This document shows positions 1 to 13,672 of a stretch of 64,000 bases of DNA, in pieces. Each line of letters opens with the position of its first letter. Positions within the stretch are counted from its first letter, which is position 1. The notes beneath the pieces are model-generated. The model was not told the origin of the DNA. It made no database searches and worked only from the letters and a program-made list of their open reading frames with translations. This DNA comes from Octopus sinensis (lineage: Eukaryota), in contig NC_043015.1 of NCBI RefSeq assembly GCF_006345805.1, positions 29,140,001 to 29,204,000 of the forward strand, read 5' to 3'. The translations under genes and the position numbers were made by a program.

Positions 1-720
1 CCTTTGATATTATTAATACCTTGATATGTAGTTAGCTAGCTAGATGGATAGTTGTAGAATTTAAATCATTTTATATGTAAGCTCTCCAAATCCTTTCAGA
101 CTCCTTGATTTCAAATTGCTAATCCCAGCTCACCACGAAGAAACATCATCATCGTTTAACATCCGCTTTCCATGCTGACATGGGTTAGGCGGTGCAACTG
201 GGGTCTGGGAAGCCAGAAGGCTGCACCAGGCCCAGTCTGATCTGGCAATGTTTCTACGGCTGGATGCCCTTCTTCCTAACGCCAACCACTCCATGAGTGT
301 AGTGGGTGCTTTTTACGTGCCAGTGGCACGGGGGCCAGACGAGGCTGGCAAACGGCCACAATTGGATGGTGCTTTTTACATGCCACCAGCACGGAGGCCA
401 GGCGAGGCTGGCAATGGCCACGACCGGATGGTGCTTTTTACATGCCACCGGCACGGAAGCCAGTCGGGGCGGCGCTGGCAACGACCACGTTCGGATGGTT
501 CTCTTATGTGCCCACCGGACAGTTACCTCCGTCGTTTACATTAACGGTCATTCAGAAGGTACTATCCATTTATGAAGTCTCCACAGGAAAAGAAGATTAC
601 AACGGGAATGGCTAACTCCCAAACCGGATATGTGTGTGTCTTAACCAAGTGCAATGTTTGTATGAAGAAGACAGAAGCAAAATTACATGAAGAATATAGG
701 TTTGTTGAGAGTATACATAC

Positions 721-987
721 CAATGGCTTGTCTATCATCTGGTTTGTATGTAACCTCCAGATCCGGTACAAATTTCTTTACTTCTTCCACAAGCTCTGCT
801 GGTGTAAAGCTCATTGCATTTACATTATAAGTTCTCAGTGATAATTTATCTGCTGGAGTGGCCATATATTTTACTACAGACTCAAGGCAGTCATCAATGT
901 ACATCATGGGCAATCTTGTGTCGGGTTTCAGGAAACATTCAAATTTCTTTGTAGAAATAGCATCATGGAATATGTGTACTGCATAAT
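721..987 (-). CDS. TDH: TDH exon DYAVHIFHDAISTKKFECFLKPDTRLPMMYIDDCL...RTYNVNAMSFTP...DDRQAI
   Basis: Acceptor ctctaacag, donor gtatgt. 267 nt, phase 1-1. The expected final exon (A/DSWP...) is not in the window. Confidence 0.96.
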
Positions 988-1104
988 CTGTTAGAGAATG
1001 AAAAGGGTGTATAAATGAAAAGGGTGTATAAATGAAAAGGGTGTATAAAAATTGAAGAATTACATCTGATTTAGTCAGCTTCGAAGAAGAATTTAATAAT
1101 GATA

Positions 1105-1515
1105 GGTGCAGGAGTGGCTGTGTGGTAAGTAGCTTGTTTACCAACCACATGGTTCCGGGTTCAGTCCCACTGCGTGGCATCTTGGGCAAGTGTCTTCTAC
1201 TACTATAGCCTCGGGCCTACCAATGCCTTGTGAGTGGATTTGGTAGACGGAAACTGAAAGAAGCCCGTCGTATATATGTATATATATATATATATGTATG
1301 CGTGTGTATGTTTGTATGTTTGTGTTTGTCCCCCTAGCATTGCTTGACAACCGATGCTGGTGTGTTTATGTCCCCCGTTACTTAGCGGTTCGGCAAAAGA
1401 GACCGATAAAATAAGTACTGGGCTTACGAAGAATAAGTCCCGGGGTCGATTTGCTCGACTAAAAAGGCGGTGCTCCAGCATGGCCGCAATCAAATGACTG
1501 AAACAAGTAAAAGAA
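1105..1515 (+). mobile_element. tRNA-derived SINE family A, with internal (TA)n(TG)n and (GAGTAAAA)n tail
   Basis: A box GTGGCTGTGTGG, B box GGTTCAGTCCC, CORE-like CCTTGGGCAAG. Other copies at about 4638-4970(-), 7893-8305, 11779-12175, 13945-14365, 15430-16095, 21668-22085, 24183-24560, 37700-38342(-), 43010-43392(-), 46897-47310, 61037-61490, 63655-64000(-). Confidence 0.9.
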
Positions 1516-3080
1516 TTAAAGAGAGTATGAATTCAAATGAAAATTTTAGTTCACAAGTATGTGTAGGTATGGCTGTACAGTTAAGAAATTTGCTTTACAA
1601 CCATGCGGCTTTGGGTTCAGTCCCACCTCACAGCACCTTAAGCAAGTGTCTTTTACCATAATGCTAGGTTGACCAATGACTTGAAAGGGAATTTGTAGGG
1701 AAGCCTGTTGTGTTTGTGTGTATGTGTTTTCATGTATATATGTTTGCATGTGTGAAAGCACGTGGCTTAGTGACTAGGATATTTGGCTTGTGATTGTAAG
1801 GCCATGAGTTCAATTCCTGATAGTATATTGTGTCCTTGGGCAAGGCATTTTATTTCACATTGCTCCAGTCCACTCAGCTGGCAAAAAATGAGTAGTACCT
1901 GTATTTCAAAGGGCCAGGTTTGTCACATTCTCTATCATGCTGAATCTACCTGAGAAATATGTTAAGGATACACATGCCTGTTGAGTACTCAATCACTTGC
2001 ACATTAATTTCATGAGCAGGCTATTCTATTGAATGGCTCAAATGGAACACTTGTCATAACCAGCGGAGAGCCAGGTTGTGTATGCGTGAATGTTTTACAT
2101 TTTGTGGCTTGCATGAAAAAGTAGTGATTCTTGACATAACATGTCAACAACTTGTTCACTAGCTTTGCATTTTCAAAGTCAAATAAAATTTGAAAAAAAA
2201 AAAAAACTTCCTTAGAAGCCAGGCAAGGATTTAGCAACAGGAAAGGCAACCTGCTTATAAGCTCTTCCTTTCCTGTTTTGGCAGATTGTTCTGGAGTACT
2301 TGAACAGCATTTATCATATAAACAGCACACAGACAGTCTGGCATTTTTTGTTTTGTTGTTGGTTAGCATTTACTCCACCACCACCACCAACAACAACATC
2401 AACAACAACAACACACACAGTATTCGTGTCATACAAAAGTGTTGGCCTGCCAGATGCTACTGCTACAGACTATCAAAAAAGCTAGAGGTCAGAAATATAA
2501 GAAGCAAGTAACACAAAACAAGTAAAAAAAATATAAGAAGCAAGTAAAGCGGGCTAAAACTAGGCGCCTTCACTAGTCAGTTAAGGTGAGACAGTGTCAC
2601 GTGACAACTTGCTGGGGCTGCCTGCTGGAGCCTAGCGGCAGGTATTTAAAGGGAAAAATTTGACAAGTCAGTCAGTCACCGGCTGACACTCATCGAAGAT
2701 ACATCGATACATCGAAGAGGCCAAGGAACAGAAGAAAGAAGAAGAAAGAAGACATGCACCCAACACCAGAACTGAAGACACCTCTGAAAGGGTGGGGGAA
2801 GCACCATGTCAAAACGGTAGAGGAGTAGGGGCCGAAACCGGATGTGGTTCCTCCTGATGATGTCTTGAGCTAACTGGATCCTATAAAGTAGCTGTTGTGG
2901 TAGCAGACCACGAAACACGGTTGTAATTCCAACTAGGAATTGAACCTACACTGCTGGCTACATTTGCCAACACTCTAACATATTCACATATGTATATGTT
3001 AAGGTCTACTTTGATATTTTTTTTAAATGGTTTAAGAGGTATGCCTCATGAAAAACAAAAAAGGAATTTTAACTCCACTA

Positions 3081-3242
<162 letters not shown>

Positions 3243-3806
3243 TCATAATATGTGTAGAATATAAAATTTCAAAAGCCACACATGACAGTAGATCTTAACC
3301 TTTTATAGGTCAGCACAACATTTCACCAAATGGTGTATATTTTGTAGTAGTAGTAGCAGTAGTAGCAGACATAAAACAATGAGGATGAAGAAAATAATAA
3401 TGATATTGAATTTTCATTGATAGGCATAGGAGTGGCTGTGTGGTAAGTAGCTTGCTTACGAACAACATGGTTCCAGGTTCAGTCCCACTGCATGGCACCT
3501 TGAGCAAGTGTCTTCTACTATAGCCTCGGGCCAACCAAAGCCATGTGAGTTGAATTGGTAGATGGAAACTGAAAGAAGCCCATCGTATATATGTATATAT
3601 ATATATCATCATCATCATCATCATCATTTAGCGTCCGCTTTCCATGCTAGCATGGGTTGGACGGGTCAACTGGGGTCTGTGAAGCTGGAAGGCTTCGTCA
3701 GGCCCAGTCAGATCTGGCAGTGTTTCTACGGCTGGATGCCCTTCCTAACGCCAACCACTCCGCGAGTGTAGTGGGTGTTTTTTACGTGCCACCAGCATAT
3801 ATATAT

Positions 3807-3956
3807 ATAGAATGGTTGCATACTGTCAATCTAACGTGAACGTGACAGTAGGGGATTACATCAGGCCATCAGGAAGCATCGATGCTTCCTAGGGCTAAAC
3901 AGCAGTGGTGTAATCCCCTACTGTCACGTTAGATTGACAGTATACAACCATTCTAT
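3807..3956. repeat. Foldback element with about 50-bp inverted arms and an internal 20-bp palindrome
   Basis: atagaatggttg...ggggattaca versus tgtaatcccc...caaccattctat. Loop contains aggaagcatcgatgcttcct. Confidence 0.85.
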
Positions 3957-4213
3957 CACCCCACCACCGTACATATCTCTATGAGATATTTAGAAATTTA
4001 ATATTTCTGATTTATATATATATATAATATAATATACACCACACACACATATATACATATATATATACACACATATATATATATATATATATGCATATAT
4101 ATATATATATATATATGCATATATATATATACACACACACACATATACATATATATACACATATATATGTATATACATACATATATATATTCACACATAT
4201 ATATACATATCTA

Positions 4214-4663
<450 letters not shown>

Positions 4664-6169
4664 TTATTCTATCGGTCTCTGTTGTTGAACCGCTAAGTTA
4701 CTGGAACGTAATCACACCAGCATCAGTTGTCAAGCGATGTTGGGGGGACAAACATAGACACAAACATACATACATACACACACACATATATATATATTCA
4801 TATATGCGATGGGCTTCTTTCAGTTTCTGTCTACCAAATCCACTCACATGGCTTTGGTTGGCCTGAGGCTATGGTAGAAGACACTTGCTCAAGGTGCCAT
4901 GCAATGGGACTGAACCCGGAACCATGTGGTTCGTAAGCAAGCTACTTACAACACAGCCACTCCTACGCCTATCAATGAAAATTCAATATCATTATTTTCT
5001 TCATCCTCATTGTAGATAGACAGACTATCCATAGGCGTGTGTGTGTGTGACTGCACACACATACATGAACACACACATGCTCGCACACATATATGTGGCA
5101 CAGTACCTCCCAAAAATAGAAACCATTAATTAATTATTATCCTAGCCTAATAAGATTATCCATTAAGTTAATCAATATCAGATGCAATCACCATGATCTA
5201 TGAACTCCAAAAATATATTCGATTTTTAGAGAATGGAGAACAATTCAGAATATATATGTGACCCCAATGACATAAAAGATTCACAGACAACCATGTCAGA
5301 CATACATTACCATTAACAGGTGTCAAATAGATATTCTTAGAGTTTTGATGTGTGTGTGTGTGTGTGTGTGCATACGCATCTGTGTGCATGCATGTGTATG
5401 CGTTCATTTGTTTTCTATCCATTTTTCCATATAAGCACCAGGTGCACAAATATGTTGTAATAATAATAATAATAATGATAATAATAATGGAATTATTGTA
5501 TACAGTGCTCAGGTGCACCACAACTTGTCAAAAAATGCGTATAAAGCATGTGCAGTAATGTACAAATGCCTGGAAAGTGAACAGTGTATGAGACAGATAC
5601 ATGTTTGCGTATGTATGGAGGGGAGAAAATCAGGTGTAGTGTTGGCGAATCTCAGGAAGCATGGAAGTTTTGAAGGATGCCAGTCAAGGTGGCGCTGGCA
5701 TCGGCACGTTTGGATGGTGCTTTTTACGTGCCACCGGCACAGAAGCCAGTCGAGGCGGCGCTGGCATCGGCCACGTTTGGATGGTGCTTTTTACGTGCCA
5801 CCGGCACAGAAGCCAGTCGAGGCGGCGCTGGCATCGGCCACGTTCGGATGGTGCTTTTTATGTGCCACCAGCACAGGTATCACAACTACTATTTCCATTG
5901 ATATTTATTTCGATGTTCATGTACTTGACTCAATAGGTCTCCTCAAGCACAGCGGGTTGTTCTGAAATCCAAGGTACTTTGAATGGTACTTTGAATGTGT
6001 TAAATAATAAGGTACTAAAACAGAATGACTCTCCCCAGACACAACAGATTACACATTACAAATGAAGGGATACAGACTACAGATTCTTTGGTTACTAAAA
6101 CAACATACTCAACTCACCAAGCTATAGCTGTCAGAAGTTCTATAGTAAGTAACAGAGGTATTTACTTAC

Positions 6170-6385
6170 CAATTGTACTAGGAAGAAACAATTTCAGACT
6201 GTACTGTCTGCACAGTTCAAGTATATTGTGGACCCCTTCAATGTTGACTCTCATTGCCAGGGGGAAGTTACTCTCCCCTATGGCACTCAGTAAGGCACTA
6301 AAGTGAACAACAGAGTCAATTTGATGAGTCACAACAATTTCCTGCAAGTTTTTGTAATCCAGAATGTCTGCATAAATGAAAGGAC
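6170..6385 (-). CDS. TDH: TDH exon GPFIYADILDYKNLQEIVV...HFSALLSAIGE...LFLPSTI(G)
   Basis: Poly-T plus cttag acceptor, gtaagt donor. 216 nt, phase 1-1. Clear mitochondrial TDH (extended SDR) sequence. Confidence 0.96.
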
Positions 6386-7337
6386 CTAAGAAAAAAAAAA
6401 CAGAGGAAGAGAACAAACATTATAATATAGTCAATTACACACACACACATACATATACATGTATGCATGTGAATACATCATTATGGCTGCCCCCTCGTTA
6501 TCGAGTATGGCCATCGCACAAAGCTTAACTGTTACTGGTGCTGTGATCGAATGTGACTTTTTAGCCCAGCCAAAGATCTACAATATCTTGTACAAAATTG
6601 GCAACTAAAACCTTTACTGGTAATAGCCGGTTGTAGTTGTAACTGGGCTTCATGTACACATGTACACATGTATACATACACCCATACATATATACATTTT
6701 TACACACACACACATATATATTTCTTTACTACCTACAAGGGGCTAAACATAGAGGGGACAAACAAGGACAGACAAATGGATTAAGTCGATTACATCGACT
6801 CCAGTGCGTAACTGGTACTTATTTAATCGACCCCGAAAGGATGAAAGGCAATGTTGACCTCGGCAGAATTTGAACTCAGAACGTAACGGCAGACGAAATA
6901 CGGCTACGCATTTCGCCCGGCGTGCTAATGATTCTGCCAGCTCACTGCCTTATATATATATATATATGTATGAGCACACACACGCACACACATATCTCTG
7001 TGAACTTAAAGAAAATATATAGCAGAGTTGTGGCTCATCGCTGTCAGCCTCATCCAGTTATTCAAAGTCAGTTAGCTGTAATCCAATTGCTTAAGTTACA
7101 AAGAGAAGTAGAGGAAGTAGGGGTGACTATGGCAAAATTTTAGGAGGGACAATGCCCATGGACTTCTTTCATGGTCTTTGTCACTTGTGGTGGGGAAACG
7201 GTAGAGGTTTCCTTGGTGTTAATGAGTTATCTTCTTTCCTGAGACTGAAAACCTTGTCTGAGTGGATCCTGCTAGAGTCACACACAAGGACCAAGTCATA
7301 GAACCAAATGGGGTGCTAGATTAATTCTACCATCCAA

Positions 7338-7570
7338 GAATGGTTAGAACGGTCGAGAGATCACGGGTTCGAATCTCCGGCAGAAGGTAATGGCCAACTT
7401 CTGCTGACTCTTTCGCCACAACTTTCTCTCACTCTTTCCTCCTGCATCTTGCAGTTCACCTGCGACGGACCGGCGTCCCGTCCAGGTGGGGAACCTATAC
7501 ACCAAGAAACCGGGAAACCGGGCCTTGTGAGCCAGGGATGGCTCGAGAAGGAACAAACAACGACAACAAG
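7338..7570 (+). mobile_element. tRNA-derived SINE with family-D-type body and RTE-like tail
   Basis: B box GGTTCGAATCTCC. Shares ctctttcgccacaactttctctcactc with family D and its tail with 11040-11280. Confidence 0.75.
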
Positions 7571-8057
7571 ATTTGGATTAACATGAGATTAAAGTAGATG
7601 CGTCATAAAGTAAAGTAGAGGCAAATGTTAAAGGTGAAAACAAGATGCTCAAAGGTGTAATCAAACTTGGAATTACCATAATAATACAAAATAAAACTTC
7701 TTAATCATACTCCCATCTCTGCACCCATTTAAAGAGGTTTTAAAAAGGGGACAATGTAAGCTTGTGGCCTTGTGGTAGTCTGTTACACTCATGATTGTGA
7801 AATCAGGGTTTTGATTCCTCAACTGGGCATTGTATTGTGTTCTTTAGCAAAACACTTCAGTTCACATTAAAAATAATAATGAAATTATTGTATGCGCAGG
7901 AGTGGCTGTGTGTTAAGTAGCTTGCTTACCAACCACATGGATCCGGGTTCAGTCCCACTGTGTGGCACCTTGGGCAAGTGTCTTCTACTATAGCCTCGGG
8001 CCGACCAAAGCCTTGTGAGTGGATTTGGTAGACGGAAACTGAAAGAAGCCTGTCGTG

Positions 8058-8088
<31 letters not shown>

Positions 8089-8304
8089 GCATGTGTGCGT
8101 ATGTTTGTGTGTCTGTGTTTGTCCCCCCACCATTGCTTGACAACAGATGCTGGTGTGTTTATGTCCCCGTCACTTAGCGGTTCGGCAACAAAGACCGATA
8201 GAATAAGTACTGGGCTTACAAAGAATAAGTCCCGGAGTCGAGTTGCTCGACTAAAGGCGGTGCTCCAGCATGGCCGCAGTCAACTGACTGAAACAAGTAA
8301 AAGA

Positions 8305-8560
8305 GTGCTCAAGTGCACCACAACTTGTCGAAAAGTGCGTATAAAGCATATGCAGTAATGTACAAATGTCTGGGAATTGAATAGTGTATGAGGCAGATAC
8401 ATGCTTGCTTGTGTGTATGGAGGGGAGAAAATCAGGTGTATTTGTTGACGAATCTCAGAAAGCATGGAAGTTTTGAAGGATGCAGTGCTCTGACAACTAA
8501 CAACTGATGCCGGCAGTTTGTTCCATGCTTCAGCAACTCTTAACGTGAAAAAATGTTTCC
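8305..8560 (-). mobile_element. CR1/L2-type LINE 3' end
   Basis: HFFTLRVAEAWNKLPASVVSCQSTASFKTSM matches the CR1-group ORF2 C-terminal motif FFxxRVxxxWNxLP. Related copies at 5505-5680 and 38340-38470. Confidence 0.82.
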
Positions 8561-8930
8561 AAAATAACAAAACAAAGAAGAATTTGAAATAGGAAATAGA
8601 TTAAACTGATTAAAATATTAAAGAGACATGCGTGCATACATACATACACACATACATACGTACATATATATAATGAACTAACTGTTACTTTCTCAGATGC
8701 AGCATGGATTTTTGTCAGTGAACAGGTCGCAGTCTTAAAGCGACGAAAATATTTTGACAAATTAAACTTAAATGTTGAAGTGAATCGAACGGCTTTTGTG
8801 TGTTTCTTAAATGGCTTACAAACACCTTCCACGCTGCAATTGTTTTCGTTTCAGCACACGATCTCAGATCAAATCACTTGCTATGCGAGTACATCTCCGT
8901 AATATTAAAGAGGTTGTTTAAAAATCTTAC

Positions 8931-9001
8931 CTTCATTATAAACAGATTTGTCTGGTTTCACTATGTCAGACATAATAACATTGTTCTTTCCATATTTTTT
9001 T
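8931..9001 (-). CDS. TDH: TDH internal exon (R)KKYGKNNVIMSDIVKPDKSVYNE(G)
   Basis: Acceptor ctctctttttatag, donor gtaaga. 71 nt, phase 2 to 1. Matches the TDH motif KRFGKDxVILSDIxKP and joins in frame to GPF at 6385. Confidence 0.92.
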
Positions 9002-9269
9002 CTATAAAAAGAGAGAGAGAAAAAAAAAAAATTAAACAAGTGATTTTTAACCAAAATACAAATTATTTAGGGTTAGAAATATTTCATGACACCCATCAAC
9101 AAGTGATGATTATATCACTTGGGGTTTGCCTTTAGCCGTTGGAATTCATTCACTTTCGTTGTTCGAAAAAATAGTTCACATTCCATGTACACGTACTTCC
9201 TAATTTTTTGTTGTACACGTTCCATGACGTCCTGTACCCACATATGGATACATACATATATATATATAT

Positions 9270-9722
9270 CATCATCATCGTCGTTTAACGTCCGTTTTCC
9301 GCGCTAGCATGGGTTGGACGGTTCGACCGGGTTCTGGGAAGCCAGGAGGCTGCACCAGGCTCCAGTCTGATCTGGCAGTTTTTCTACGGCTGGATGCCCT
9401 TCCTAACGCCAACCACTCCGCGAGTGTAGTGGGTGCTTTTTACGTGCCACCGGCACAGGTGCCAGGGGAGTCTGGCAGCGGACACGATCGGTTTGTGCTT
9501 TTAACGTGCCACCGGCACAGAAGCCAGTCGAGGCGGCACTGGCATTGGTCACGTTCGGATAGTGCTTTTTAGGTGCCACCAGCACAGGTGCCAGGGGAGT
9601 CTGGCAGCGGCCACGATCGGTTGGTGCTTTTAACGTGCCAGCGGCACGGAAGCCAGTCGAGGCGGCACTGGCATCAGCCACGTTCGGATGGTGCTTTTTA
9701 CGTGCCACCGGCACAGAAGCCA
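9270..9722 (-). mobile_element. Retroposon family C with (GAT)n tail and internal about 60-bp tandem subunits
   Basis: GGCGTTAGGAAGGGCATCCAGC motif, ending ACGTTAAACGATGATGATG. Other copies at 145-515(-), 3605-3797(-), 5681-5880(-), 23868-24070(+), 25945-26250(-), 50390-50700(+). Confidence 0.85.
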
Positions 9723-9999
9723 GATATATATATATATATGTATGTATAGATCTTATTTCAATAACAAGGAATCTTTTATGTGATCAGCCAACTTGCTTAA
9801 AACAGCAAGTATATCTCTTGCAAATCACACAGAACAATCTTAAAAAAGGGAAAGACAAATTGAATAATGTCATCAGAAATAGTCCTAATAAAAGAAAGAC
9901 AGGATGGTCTTGAATGGAACACCTTTGAGCTTAGGCCTGCTTGAGTAGAGCTGCTGACTTGGAGTTCAACAACAACTAAACATCTAGGATCAGTTTCGA

Positions 10000-10616
10000 C
10001 CCTTTAGCTTTCAGATATCTTTGTCAAATGTATTGCTTATTTATTCACATTATTTTGAATTAATCAGGCATTATCTCGTAGCTTCGAGATTTCAATGCTG
10101 TGTTTGCATATTTTTAGAATGACAATGTGGATGGAAGCACTCCGTCGGTTACAACGACGAGGGTTCCGGTTGATCCGAATCAACGGAACAGCCTGCTCGT
10201 GAAATTAACGTGTAAGTGGCTGAGCACTCCACAGACACGTGTACCCTTAACGTAGTTCTCGGGGATATTCAGCGTGACACAGAGAGTGACAAGGCCGGCC
10301 CCTTGAAATACAGGTACAACAGAAACAGGAAGTAAGAGTGAGAGAAAGTTGTGGTGAAAGAGTACAGCAGGGATCACCACCATCCCTGCCAGAGCCTCGT
10401 GGAGCTTTTAGGTGTTTTCGATCAATAAACACTCACAACGCCCAGTCTGGGAATCGAAACCGCGATCCTACGACCGCGAGTCCGCTGCCCTAACCACTGG
10501 GCCATTGTGCCTCCAATGACAATGTAGGATAGGTATGAGAGGTTGGATAAGGTCAGTTTCAACACAAAACCAGTAGAATATTTGGGCCGGATATGGCCAT
10601 ATTAAACACTAAAGGG
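10000..10616. mobile_element. MITE with ccctttag...ctaaaggg termini, interrupted by the SINE at 10135-10515
   Basis: Inverted termini. The sequence is continuous across the SINE TSD. Confidence 0.6.
10135..10515 (-). mobile_element. tRNA-derived SINE family D inserted into a MITE
   Basis: Head GGAGGCACAATGGCCCAGTGGTTAGGGCAGCGG...GGTTTCGATTCCC, with TSD aatgacaatgt on both sides. Partial copy at 11510-11698. Confidence 0.85.
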
Positions 10617-11039
10617 TAAAAACATCAAATGCGCTCAACCTTATATGCTTGTGAACTAACCTGATCCCTTGCCCCTTTCACTTATTCCTCTGTCCCCGTG
10701 CCCTTCACATTCACCACATCACTAACATCGCCATCTTTCCAGATAGAACAACCATGTGTCTCTTTAGCAAAACACCTGTTCCTATCCCTCTCTTGTACTT
10801 TTACCTCTTGATACCTGGCGTAAAACCACCTCACTCAACACCACACCCAAACTCAATTGTGAGGTCTTGTCTCATAAAATATTTGGCAACCTCATTAGGG
10901 CTGGTAACATGATAAAGGCACCTAGTGCTCCCTGTAAAGTGGTTAGCATTAGGAAAGGTGTTCAGTTGCAGAAGCCATACCTAAACATTAAACGTTATGC
11001 CAGCATGTAATAAAAATAATAAAAATAAATAGATGCACC

Positions 11040-11280
11040 CTTTTAAAGCCTAGCCAGGCTCATGGGCCCGGTTTCCTGGTTTCAATGGCATATGTGTTCC
11101 CCAGCTGGATGGGACGCCAGTCCATCGCAGTGTTACTCATTTTTGCCATCTGAGTGGACTGGAGCAACGTGAAATGAAGTGTTTTGCTCAAGAACACAAC
11201 GCATCGCCTGGTCCAGGAATCGAAACCACAATCTTACAATCATGATGCTGACACCCTAACTACTAAGGCACGTGCCTCCA
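11040..11280 (-). mobile_element. tRNA-derived SINE with CORE-like body and RTE-like tail
   Basis: tRNA head, TTGAGCAAAACACTTCATTTCAC body, CTGCGATGGACTGGCGTCCC...GAAACCGGG tail. Confidence 0.8.
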
Positions 11281-13227
11281 CCTAGCATGTAATACAGCTG
11301 CTAAATGATGACGACAAAGATATTAACTCAAAAAAGAACAAAATATGTTGAAGTAGTTTCTTAGCTAATTTTGTGTAACATTACATATCACCGTGATCAC
11401 CGTGACTGACCAGGCTATCAGATAATGCTACACATCGCTGGTCACAATGCACCTCACATTGTTTTAGCCTTGAATTGACGCCATACTGCTGGCTAAGCGA
11501 GCAGGCCAACAGAAGAAAGAGGGAGAGAAAATTGTGGCGAAAGAGTACAGCAGGGATCGCCACCACCCCCTGCCAGAGCCTCGTGGAGCTTTTAGGTGTT
11601 TTCGCTCAATAAACACTCACAATGCCCGGTCTGGGAATTGAAACCATGATCCTATGACCGCGAGTCTGCTGCTCTAACCACTGGGCCACTGCGCCTCCAT
11701 GTAACATTATATATATTATTGAAAAATAGAACTTGCAGGTTGCATACCTATATAATAAATATTAGTTAAAGAATTTGAAGGCGCAGGAGTGGCTGTGTGG
11801 TAAGTAGCTTGCTTACCAACCACATGGTACCGGGTTCAGTCCCACTGCGTGGCACCTCGGGCAAGTGTTTTCTACTATAGCCTCGGTGAGTGGATTTGGT
11901 AAACGGAAACTGAAAGAAGCCCGTCGTATATATGTATATATATATATATATGTATATATACGCGTGTGTGTGTTTGTGTGTCTGTGTTTGTTCCCCTAGC
12001 ATTGCTTGACAACCGATGCTGGTGTGTTTATGTCCCCATCACTTAGCGGTTCGGCAAAAGAGACCGATAGAATAAGTACTGGGCTTAAGTCCCGGGGTCG
12101 AGTTGCTCGACTAAAGGCGGTGCTCCAGCATGGCCGCAGTCAAATGACTGAAACAAGTAAAAGAGTAAAAGAGTAATTTAAAACAGACCCATTAATGCAT
12201 AAGTAATTTCCTAAATGAGGTCAAATAGTGAAATGTGTTAGAGCAAGTATCATTGGCTGAAATTGTCAACTGCAACTATAAATAGTTGAGTGTTTCAAAT
12301 ATTTACACCTAGACTGGAAATTAAAAAAAAAAAATATACAATATTGCTGAACTGGTTAAGTTAAATAACTCTACAGGTGTTGATCAAATTGTTGTCAATA
12401 TGACATGTTCTCGGCTGGACACAGATGTCTGTGACAACATTCCTAAGTGTAAAAATAATTTTAAAATAAAAAAAAAAATTATGCAATGGTAATTATTGGG
12501 TAAACCGACTGAATAAATGAATAAATTAATAAATGAATTAATTAAGGAATGCATAATTGCTTTCGTTTTTTCCTTCATATTTTGTTGCTAAAACATAGTG
12601 GATAAAAAAAAGAACAAAAAAAAAGGTATGCATGTGTGACAGAGAGGTGGGTGGGACTTATATGAGAAAATATATTCTATACCAGTTTCCAACATGTTGC
12701 CAATACAACCCCGAGCAGCCAGTGTGCTGTGTTCAAAGATTACAAAAGGTTGCTCTGTAAAATGTATATTATTCAATTACAGATAATTAATTCACTACAT
12801 ACATTTTTCAATTGAGATGAAACTAGGAAAACGAGTTTGTTGCTAAATAATAAACTCTTTGTATTGAGTAGACTGATGTTTCAAAAGCTTGTGGGTATAT
12901 CAGAAAATATATTTAAATAATAAGGGCTTTTGGTCGGGGAAAGGCCAGGAATCCCTGTTCTATATACATTTGGTGAGAAGTGGAATTTATTGTTCTTAAG
13001 TGTTTAATAGGCACAGGCAATGGCTGTCTGGTAAGAAGTCTGCTTTCCAACCAGATTGTTCAAGGTTCAGTCCCACTGCGCGGCACCTTGGCCAAGTGTC
13101 TTCTACTACAGCCCCCAATGGCTTAAATGAGACTTCCAAAGGAATACTGCTCCGACATCAGGAACAGTGCAGCTGTTGTGTACCCACATCCTTTACCACA
13201 TCAAGAGAAGTCCACTTAACTAATCAT

Positions 13228-13672
13228 TAAACTTAAAATATTCAAGGCCACAGTCGAACCAATTCTACTATACGGCTCAGAAACCTGGACGTTATCAAAG
13301 AAGCTTGAGAGGCGGTTGGATGGAACTTACACTCGCCTCCTTATGAGAGCTCAAAATCTCTCGTGGAGGCATCACCCAACCAAAGTACAAATATATGAGA
13401 AATTACCACCTGTGTCATCTCTTGTGAAAGGTAAGAGAGTCCAGTTTGCTGGACATTGTTGTAGAGCTGAAAAAGAAGTAATTTCTACTCTTCTCCTCTG
13501 GAAGCCATCTACTCGCAATACCAGAGGGCACACACTCTCCTACCCTGATGTAATCTCCAGGGATACAGGCATCCAGCAACAGGACCTCTGTAGTGCTATG
13601 ATGGACCGTGAAGTCTGGCGTAACATAGTAAATTCCACTGTCTCGACCACGGTCGAACAATGATGATGATGA
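13228..13672 (+). mobile_element. RTE-clade LINE 3' fragment
   Basis: Translates KIFKATVEPILLYGSETWTLSKKLERRLDGTYTRLLMRAQNLSW...QFAGHC...MMDREVWR and ends in (GAT)n. Confidence 0.88.

Noticed and set aside
248-575. Recurrent ORFs such as MFLRLDALPNANHS and MLFTCHRHRSQS, seen at many loci
   Set aside because: Chance frames within retroposon family C.
9112-9230. Minus-strand open frame DVMERVQQKIRKYVYMECELFFRTTKVNEFQRLKANPK*
   Set aside because: Poor acceptor, lies inside a TDH intron, and has no recognisable homology.
9270-9722. Regularly spaced roughly 60-bp repeats superficially like a CRISPR array
   Set aside because: Contiguous degenerate subunits of a eukaryotic retroposon, with no unique spacers or cas genes.
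10440-10515. tRNA-like sequences with A and B boxes (many copies)
   Set aside because: SINE heads lacking a complete acceptor stem. Not tRNA genes.
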